A DNA stretch of 63,428 bases, counting the filler, from Craspedostauros australis (Eukaryota): NCBI GenBank assembly GCA_030167865.1. It is 14 parts of 14 records of this genome, joined end to end, with 100 filler letters (N's around TTAATTAATTAA, not from the genome) between each part and the next. Parts side by side here need not be neighbours in the genome. Positions count along the whole stretch, not along the records: positions 55,399 to 58,075 come from JALAGF010000948.1; positions 58,176 to 59,449 come from JALAGF010000950.1; positions 59,550 to 60,751 come from JALAGF010000954.1; positions 60,852 to 61,895 come from JALAGF010000955.1; positions 61,996 to 63,428 come from JALAGF010000958.1; 9 more parts are not named here. One strand, 5' to 3'. Position numbers and translations under genes: made by a program. This document shows, one piece after another, positions 55,399 through 63,428 of this stretch (the first letter of the stretch is position 1; each line of letters opens with the position of its first letter). The notes below the pieces were generated by a model. The model ran no database searches, had not been told where the DNA came from, and worked only from the letters and a program-made list of their open reading frames with translations.

Positions 55399-55482
<84 letters not shown>
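55399..55482. repeat. (CA)42 microsatellite at contig start
   Basis: Read directly from the sequence. Confidence 0.97.
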
Positions 55483-55484
<2 letters not shown>

Positions 55485-55863
55485 CACAGCGAACAACACA
55501 CAACGCACAACGAACAACGTACAGACCAATGACTGTACACACACACGAACACACAATCCAACAAGTGACAGACCAATTATCCACAATCCAGTCCACTACG
55601 GACGACGTACGGACGGTAATGTACACCAAGTCTCCATTTTCCGCAACTCCCAAATGTACCACCAAATGTCCATGTCCCCCACCTCCCAAAATACCATTAA
55701 AACCCCAAAATAGTGACAAACTTCAACACCCCACAGCTCGCTCAATATCCACCTGTTGACAAAATCGAGCGTCACTACAGGTGCCCAAAAGCCAACTCCA
55801 CACCACCAACAACAAAAAAGCCAAAAATATCAACCCTGACTTTCACAGGTTCCGGCTTTTATA

Positions 55864-55883
55864 AACCCTAACCCTAACCCTAA
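55864..55883. repeat. Interstitial telomere-like (AACCCT)3
   Basis: AACCCTAACCCTAACCCTAA, plus another AAACCCTAA near 55917. Confidence 0.8.
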
Positions 55884-55947
55884 TAGACCTAATAGTGTCC
55901 ACACGTGCAACCAATCAAACCCTAATGTACGAGGATTTAACACGGTG

Positions 55948-56200
55948 ACGTACGACGGCCAGACCGAAGTTTGGGTCCATTGACGGACGACGTGCAGACG
56001 TTTGTATGGGCACGCAATACACACGGTCGAAGGACGGACGTTTTTGTATGGAAAATGTTCATGTTCCGCAACCCCACGTACGACGGTCAGACCGATGTTT
56101 GGGTCTGTTGACGGACGACGTACAGACGTTTGTATGGGCACACGTCTACGTACGGTCGACGTACAGACGTAAATGTATGGAAAATGTCGATGATCCGCAA
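55948..56200. repeat. 128-bp imperfect direct repeat x2, CpG-rich
   Basis: ACGTACGACGG.CAGACCGA.GTTTGGGTC..TTGACGGACGACGT.CAGACGTTTGTATGGGCAC starts at 55948 and 56076. Confidence 0.85.
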
Positions 56201-56236
56201 CTCTCCGAAAGTGCGGACGAATGTTCATCATCCGCA

Positions 56237-58075
56237 ACTCCCAAACAACACGAGATACTGCGAGCCACGCGATACACCGTGTTAAACATGTACACCACGC
56301 TACACCATGATGAACACATGTACACGTACATCTATGTGTACACACACACGCACCACGTCCATACCTACACATCAACACCTCTACCATCTTTAACGGACCA
56401 CTACAACGTGAGATATCGATGATCAAAGTACTCAACATTAACCAGTACTTGCAATACACAGTGTCATGTACATGTAAGCACACACACATGTTGACCATGA
56501 CCATGCGCACATGTGACAACAAGATCCACACTCTGAATCAACTTGGTGATGGAGATAGTGATGCATGAGTACAACACAAACAACATGTGATAACACGTGC
56601 AACCGTGTTAATGTGAGATGAACATCGTCAATGGCAGATGAACATGGTCAACGGCAAATGAACTATCTGTCAACACCAAATGAACTATCTGTCAACACCA
56701 TTCCAACTACTGGAGGATGGCACAAGTCCCATGAAATGGCTGACTTGTGGGGGAGGAGGGGGAAGTCAACACCAAATGAACTATCTGTCAACACCATTCC
56801 AACTACTGGAGGATGGCACAAGTCCCATGAAATGGCTGACTTGTGGGGGAGGAGGGGGAAGTCAACACCATCAACTGTGATACTCACACATCCACGTGCT
56901 CACACACACGCACACGTGCACACTGCCACACCGTACAACCAGCCACAACACACAACAACACGTGAGACTGTGATGCAACAGTCAACACCAAATGAACCAT
57001 CTGTCAACATCAAATGAACTATCTGTCAACACCATTCCAACTACTGGAGGATGGCACAAGTCCCATGAAATGGCTGACTTGTGGGGGAGGAGGGGGAANN
57101 NNNNNNNNNNNNNNNNNNNNNNNNNNNNNNNNNNNNNNNNNNNNNNNNNNNNNNNNNNNNNNNNNNNNNNNGACTTGTGGGGGAGGAGGGGGAAGTCAAC
57201 ACCATCAACTGTGATACTCACACATCCACGTGCTCACACACACACTCCCAAACAACACGAGATACTACGAGCCACGCGATACACCGTGTTAAACATGTAC
57301 ACCATGCTACACCATGATGAGCACATGTTCACGTACATCTATGTGTACACACACACACACCACGTCCATACGTACACATCAACACTTCTACCATCATCAA
57401 CGGACCACTACAGCGTGAGATATCGATGATCAAAGTACTCAACATCAACCACTACGTGCAATACACAGTGTCATGTACATGTGAGTACACACACATGTTC
57501 ACCATGACCATACACACGTGTGACAACAAGAACCACACTCTGAATCAACTTGGTGATGGAGATAGTGATGCATGACTACACCACAAGCAACATGTGATAA
57601 CACGTGCAACCGTGTTAATGTGAGATGAACATGGTCAATGGCAGATGAACATGGTCAATGGCGGATGAACATCGTCAATGGCAAATGAACCATCTGTCAA
57701 CACCAAATGAACTATCTGTCAACACCATTCCAACTACTGGAGGATGGCACAAGTCCCATGAAATGGCTGACTTGTGGGGGAGGAGGGGGAANNNNNNNNN
57801 NNNNNNNNNNNNNNNNNNNNNNNNNNNNNNNNNNNNNNNNNNNNNNNNNNNNNNNNNNNNNNCTGACTTGTGGGGGAGGAGGGGGAAGTCAACACCATCA
57901 ACTGTGATACTCACACATCCACGTGCTCACACACACACACACACTGCCACACAGTACAACCAGCCACAACACAACAACAACACATGAGACTGTGATGCAA
58001 CAGTCAACACACAATGAACTATCTGTCAACACCATTCCAACTACTGGAGGATGGCACAAGTCCCATGAAATGGCT
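56237..58075. repeat. Nested satellite: ~1.0-kb tandem unit containing 96-bp hairpin/G-rich units and 21-22-bp subunits
   Basis: ACTCCCAAACAACACGAGATACT occurs at 56237 and 57244. The 96-bp units start at 56669, 56765 and 56861 (partial), with more copies near 57000-57210, 57697-57900 and 58000-58075. Confidence 0.92.
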
Positions 58076-58175
58076 NNNNNNNNNNNNNNNNNNNNNNNNN
58101 NNNNNNNNNNNNNNNNNNNTTAATTAATTAANNNNNNNNNNNNNNNNNNNNNNNNNNNNNNNNNNNNNNNNNNNN

Positions 58176-58644
58176 GCAGCATCCATTATAGTTGGATCTG
58201 CAACATCTCTATTAGTAGTAACATAGTGGAGCGTTGAGTCTCCGTACGTGCAATCATCGTGGTGTCGATGTTGCCATTTCCGAGAGGAGACATCAATTTC
58301 GTGACGGTCGGAGAGAGAGTNNNNNNNNNNNNNNNNNNNNNNNNNNNNNNNNNNNNNNNNNNNNNNNNNNNNNNNNNNNNNNNNNNNNNNNNNNNNNNNN
58401 NNNNNNNNNNNNNNNNNNNNNNNNNNNNNNNNNNNNNNNNNNNNNNNNNNNNNNNNNNNNNNNNNNNNNNNNNNNNNNNNNNNNNNNNNNNNNNNNNNNN
58501 NNNNNNNGCACGATTCGAGGGTGGGACCCCATCCCACCGACATTGAGTCACGCTTCAATCCCGCTCAAACTCTGAGCAGTCGGTCATTTGACTAACTAGA
58601 CTAAATCTTAACACGACTAATAGGAATACTAGTTTGAGCTAATA
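58176..58644 (-). mobile_element. Probable 3' LTR of the copia element (partial, gapped)
   Basis: Follows the pol stop and a short purine tract GGGGAG (58650-58645). Begins TATTAG rather than TG. Confidence 0.5.
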
Positions 58645-58677
58645 CTCCCCAAAGTGTGTCTCGATGTAGGTAGCAGA

Positions 58678-59449
58678 TCAGGTGACGCGATCCAGAGAGG
58701 GACTGTTGCCCTTCCAGAAGAGCAGAGGCTTGACGAGGGGCCAGAAGGATGCCCATGGTAGGAACTTGGTCATGATGTCGGCCACATTTTGCGAGCCGTG
58801 GATTTTGACGAAGTAGAGGACCCCGGCGGCGATGGCGGACCGGACTCGGTGGTAGGCGAGAGCATTGTGCCGCTTGGACAACATGCTCATAGGCACAGTA
58901 GATGAGGTGATGACACTTTGGTTATCACCGAACATCCAGCTGGGACCATCGATGGGAATGCCCATTTCGCGAAGAGCGAGGCGGAGAGAGATGATCTGTT
59001 CGGTGGCCTGTCGGGCAGCAACGAACTCGGATCCGTAGGTAGCAGTCTCGACGGTGGCTTGGCGCTTGCTGAACCACTCGATGGGAGTTTGGTTGACAAG
59101 GTGTAGGATGCCAGTTGCCGACCTGCCGGTGACCTTGCAGTGGAGGAGGTTTGCATCCACAAAGGTGGTGGTGCGGACGATCGCGCCTTTNGGAGTNGGC
59201 ACGTCTGGGTCAGTTTCCTCNTGTGTGTGNCCGTACACGGAATAGAGCCAGTCGTGTTTGGGAACAACAAAACTCTCTTCGTGGTTTGGGACGCCCGTGC
59301 GGAACCGGATGGCGGCATCGGGATGCTTGCGCAGGTACCCGTAGACGCGTTGTGCGCGCTCGAGATGACCTTTGCGAGGGGCGGCACGGAAGCGTGCGAG
59401 GGTCATGACGGCGACAGAGATGTCGAACCGTCCGAGGGTGATGCACCAT
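58678..59449 (-). mobile_element. Ty1/copia (CoDi-type) pol 3' end: RT C-terminus and RNase H
   Basis: Motifs LARFRAAPRKGHL..A.RVYGYL, FVDAN...TGRSATG, WFSKRQATVETATYGSEF, GDNQSV, KRHNALAYHRVR and NVADIMTK. Confidence 0.95.
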
Positions 59450-60388
59450 NNNNNNNNNNNNNNNNNNNNNNNNNNNNNNNNNNNNNNNNNNNNTTAATTA
59501 ATTAANNNNNNNNNNNNNNNNNNNNNNNNNNNNNNNNNNNNNNNNNNNNCCAATCGTGAGACGATGGTGTCATGAGATCAACAACGGAAACATATGACAG
59601 GCAAGTACTCAGGACTGCAGATTCCTACCATGCGAACGTAGACAGCTACAAAGATGCAGAGGCAAACAACAAAGATGCCAAGATAAGGATGCAAGAACAG
59701 AGCATGATGAATGCAGAGAGAAGCACCTAGGAACACAAGGACACCCCGTGTCGCCACTGCAGTAGACAACTGCCATGAAATCGAAATTGGAAGAGAAAGT
59801 GAGATTGAGCTCACAGTTCTAAAACGGTACAGTTTCTAACAGCAGATTAAATTACAGTACTAGTTATAACCCCGGATTTCCAACACATGAGAACTCTCGA
59901 TCGACTCTTTGTGAACAGAAGAACACATGTCCGGACAGCCCGCAATCAAGCCTCTGCCTTCAGCAACAACTACTACCAGGACCACAGCCATCACGTTTGG
60001 GCTCGACTACTCACCAACACAGAGATTCTGAGAGCGAACTCCACAGCAGAGAGTACCATACTCAAAGGAAAAGCTCATAGGACACACATGAAACCACGCA
60101 CGACAATGCACAACAATGCAGAGTTGCTAAAGCAAAGAGGAATGGAACTTGATTGGGAGCGTGTGTGTTGTTAGCAGTACTATGCTCGTACTACATTACA
60201 TTGTGTTTTCCTGTGCCTTGTCCATCGTCGTTTCAAAACAACTTGCTTGAATCTGCAACAATGAGGAGCTTATCATCGCGCCTGCCGCATTCAATTGCAT
60301 TTTCCAGACGGTCATCGTTCAATACACTTGTATGTCCCTGTCCTTTCCCTTGTACTTGCGTTTACCTTTGTGTTTGCCTGTTGGGTAT

Positions 60389-60751
60389 TTAGGAACGGTC
60401 CCTGCTGGCGTCTTCCACCTTGCCCTCCAACCACACCATGAACTCTTCCACCGTGCTGAAATCGATGACGTGATGCTCCAATTCGGCTGGTGTCAGTCGG
60501 AGGCACTTCTCCGTCGTGATTGTCGTCTTCGCCTTGTTCATACTCTTGGGGTTATCGTCGTGGCGGCTGCTGTTGCCATCCTCTCCATCCACCTCGTCCG
60601 CAGCATCGATGGCATCGACAGCGCGAAATTCAGCATCAAAGCACTGCTCAATGCGAACGCGTTGCTCGCGTGTCAGCTGGATCTGATTATAGTGTTCGAC
60701 CATGGCGATCGCATCCGATGCGATCATGTACCCCAGCTCCACCTGTCGATC
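60389..60751 (-). other. 3' end of an unidentified ORF on a repeat-like contig
   Basis: About 120 open codons from the contig edge with protein-like composition. No motif recognised. Confidence 0.3.
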
Positions 60752-60851
60752 NNNNNNNNNNNNNNNNNNNNNNNNNNNNNNNNNNNNNNNNNNNNTTAAT
60801 TAATTAANNNNNNNNNNNNNNNNNNNNNNNNNNNNNNNNNNNNNNNNNNNN

Positions 60852-61118
60852 GCTGTTGCTTGTGGCGCCCCTCCGGATTCGAACCGCAGAGCAGATACAA
60901 TCATGGGCGACCCAGGGCAGCATCTCAAGCGTTCTCCTCCCATGACGGGTGCCCATAATAGTCCAAAGAAGATGAAGTCTCAAGAGATTGTCGAGGACGG
61001 CAAGCCTGCAGCAATCGACTTCGCAGTCAACACGACTCTTCCCAGCAGTGACGGCAACAGTGACAGTGAGACTGAGGATTTTGATGATGAACTCGCAGAC
61101 TTCTTTTCTCATGCCTAA
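60852..61118 (+). CDS. 3' end of an ORF convergent with the transposase (possible second ORF of the element)
   Basis: Open from the contig edge, with an acidic tail DSETEDFDDELADFFSHA*. The stop lies 66 bp from the transposase stop. Confidence 0.4.
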   Translation, partial: AVACGAPPDSNRRADTIMGDPGQHLKRSPPMTGAHNSPKKMKSQEIVEDGKPAAIDFAVNTTLPSSDGNSDSETEDFDDELADFFSHA

Positions 61119-61184
61119 ACAACCAATTAGTAACATGAAGTATTTGGAACAGTTATCAACTACAGTTCTCTACCTGCATTACCA

Positions 61185-61895
61185 TTAGATATCGAATATC
61201 GGGTGCCCATTGTCGAGCTCATACTGAATCAGAACACAGCATGTCTCAAATAAGCACTGATGCTTGTGCAGTTGGTTCCGGTAGCCGCCCGCGAGTGCCC
61301 TGAAATTCTTTATCCTCCCGTTGAAGCTCTCATGCCGTGCTCTTGCTCTGTTCTTGAACTTCCTCACAGCAGCAGAATCGCACGGATTTGGGGCACTGAT
61401 TGTGGGCTCGTTGTTGTACCCCCCATCTGCAATCACCAGGGCATTTGGTGGGATCTTGGATTTGAGACCGCCTGGCTTGCGATACATCACAAGATCTGAA
61501 GTTGAAGCCGGAAATGGACCATTGATCCACACCAGCTTGCTCTCTGTGAGTGATATCCCAAGCTCATATGTCAGTCCGGCCGAGTGCGACTTGTGGGAGT
61601 ACCACTTTGCTCCTGGNTCCATCCTCGGTTCGTGGATCTTGATATGAACACCNTCAACAGTAATGATGAAGTGCTTGTCATCTCCTGTGAGCTCCGCTGT
61701 ATTTGGTGGCCAGATGACCTGATGATGAGGGATCGGAATGAATGGAAAGTAATATTGGAATGAGAGGATCAGCTCGAGCAAAGCACATGAAATATCCGCT
61801 CCAGTATGAGCTTTGTTTCACTTACCTTGTTTGGAAGCAGAGATTGAATGGCCGGCAGGTACGACCAAATGAGACCGCGGATGGTTTTCTCGTCT
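61185..61895 (-). mobile_element. PIF/Harbinger(ISL2EU)-type DDE transposase, 5'-truncated, with intron 61719-61825
   Basis: DEKTIRGLIW...PNK|GTAAGT..CATCAG|VIWP; then ITV[D]GVH..I.EP, YSHK..SAGLTYELGI, WINGPFPA, IADGGY and RARARHESFNGRIKNF. Confidence 0.9.
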
Positions 61896-61995
61896 NNNNN
61901 NNNNNNNNNNNNNNNNNNNNNNNNNNNNNNNNNNNNNNNTTAATTAATTAANNNNNNNNNNNNNNNNNNNNNNNNNNNNNNNNNNNNNNNNNNNN

Positions 61996-63428
61996 CAGCA
62001 ACGCCATCTTCTGTGGGGCCCGCAACCTGTTCCCCAACAATCGACGCATCCAGATGGCATTCGTCGGACGAGTGTCAGGCATGTTCATCATGGCAGAGCT
62101 TCTGTCAATCGAAGAGATCCTGGCAAATAGCATGATTCTCAACAGGATCCTCGAGCGTCACGGCCAACCACCACTGAGCATCATGGAGAGGCACTTCATC
62201 CTCGGAGGATGCATGGCGGCACTCCTTCACCACCGACCACAGGANNNNNNNNNNNNNNNNNNNNNNNNNNNNNNNNNNNNNNNNNNNNNNNNNNNNNNNN
62301 NNNNNNNNNNNNNNNNNNNNNNNNNNGATTCCAGCACGGGTGAGTCATCCGACGACGACGATTCCTCCTACGACGACGAGTTGGCAATCATGGTCGTGGA
62401 TCGCACGCGCTTTCGTGCATCCGACCACCACACCGACACACCTGACCAACACACATGGCTCGCCGACAGTGGAGCCTCATGCCACATTGTGAATTCGGAC
62501 AAGGGGATGTTCAACATCCGCCACATCCAGTCCTTTGTGAAGGTCGGCGACAACACACAACTCAACTCACCAAAGATGGGGTCCATCTATCTCCGAGTGA
62601 AGCAACGCGATAACACACAGCGCACCATCAGACTGAACGACGTGAAGTTCGCACCCAAGATGTGGGTGAATCTGTTCTCAACGAACAAGGCGCTGGAGAA
62701 TGGNNNNNNNNNNNNNNNNNNNNNNNNNNNNNAAGTTCGCACCCAAGATGTGGGTGAATCTGTTCTCAACGAACAAGGCGCTGGAGAATGGGTACCAGAT
62801 CGGAAACAACGGTATCATCATGGACATTGCAAACGGCAACGGGAACAAGATCGTGTTCGATCGAGTGTTCCGCACGCGAAATGGCTTCGTGACTGGCGTG
62901 CAGATGCATGCAGTCAAGCCACGCACAGACATCACGGCTGCGGCCGTTACATCGGATCCACCAAAGGGCATCAACGCGTCCACACTCCATCGCATGTTGG
63001 GACACGCCCCACTTGAGGCAATGCAACGAACTGCATCGCACCACGGATGGAACATCGTCGGCACCATGCCGCCATGCAAGCACTGTGCCATCGCCAACGC
63101 ACGAGTGAAGAACGTCCCGAAGGCGACCATCGCNNNNNNNNNNNNNNNNNNNNNNNNNNNNNNNNNNNNNNNNNNNNNNNNNNNNNNNNNNNNNNNNNNN
63201 NNNNNNNNNNNNNNNNNNNNNNNNNNNNNNNACCACACAGATTACTGCTGGAGCATCTTCCTCACCAACAAGAGTGACCAACCAGCCTTCCTGAAGCGAT
63301 TCCTTCAGAAGATCCGTGCACACACGGACGGCAAGCCAATCATTTTCCGTGGCGACAACAGCGGAGAGAACAAGGCATCCGAGGTCCATCTGCTCGAAGC
63401 CGGATTCGACGTCTCATTCGAATACACG
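61996..63428 (+). mobile_element. Ty1/copia polyprotein fragment: protease, GAG-pre-integrase/HHCC, integrase core start
   Basis: WLADSGASCH, VKVGD and LNDVKFAP..WVNLFS. After removing a 59-bp gap-flanking duplicate the frame continues LHRMLGH...CKHC; after the next gap DYCWSIFLTNKS and IFRGDNSGEN follow. Confidence 0.92.

Noticed and set aside
55864..55883. Actual chromosome end
   Set aside because: Only three units, internal to the contig. Kept as an interstitial telomere-like repeat.
56669..58075. CRISPR array (hairpin repeat with regular period)
   Set aside because: The sequence between hairpins is identical rather than unique spacers, there are no cas genes, and the context is eukaryotic.
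59550..59885. Solo LTR ending ...TTTCCAACA
   Set aside because: There is no second copy, no clear PBS or TSD, and no match to the LTR at 58176-58644. It cannot be supported.
10655..61995. Regularly recurring TTAATTAATTAA palindrome as a biological repeat or CRISPR-like element
   Set aside because: It is always centred in exactly 44+44 N. It is a six-frame-stop linker used to concatenate contigs.
62645..62791. Programmed frameshift or internal duplication in copia pol
   Set aside because: The 59 bp before the N gap are repeated right after it. This is an unmerged overlap, and merging restores one frame.

Overview
Eukaryotic nuclear DNA from a diatom. A silicon transporter (SIT) 5' end, ASAFAP-like plastid presequences, short GT-AG introns, and CoDi-type copia and Ambal-type non-LTR elements all point there. 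The window is not contiguous: it is 14 contig pieces joined by an artificial 100-bp linker (44 N + TTAATTAATTAA + 44 N), so adjacency across linkers means nothing. The first two pieces (1-10654 and 10755-39021) are gene-dense: DOT1-like and METTL21-like methyltransferases, an EcKL/APH kinase, an intron-containing SxxC PDI, an ankyrin-BTB gene, the 5' half of a STAND/AAA_16 ATPase, a Ser/Thr kinase, an EamA transporter, an LRR-like protein, an ATP-grasp ligase, an AMBRA1-like WD40 protein, a 2037-aa disordered protein, a JmjC protein and SIT. The remaining small contigs are mostly repeats: a tyrosine-recombinase retrotransposon, two divergent copies of a STAND-ATPase 3' half, a secreted PT/Cys-rich protein, an Ambal-like RT, a nested satellite, two copia fragments and a PIF/Harbinger-type transposase. 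Best candidate for an undescribed system: an ankyrin-BTB gene whose six 102-bp repeats have an almost invariant DNA framework but hypervariable codons at the ligand-binding positions (a natural 'DARPin' cullin-3 adaptor). Together with the patchwork-diverged STAND ATPase copies, this hints at a diversifying recognition (immune-like) repertoire in diatoms. All calls come from reading motifs by eye; no database search was run.
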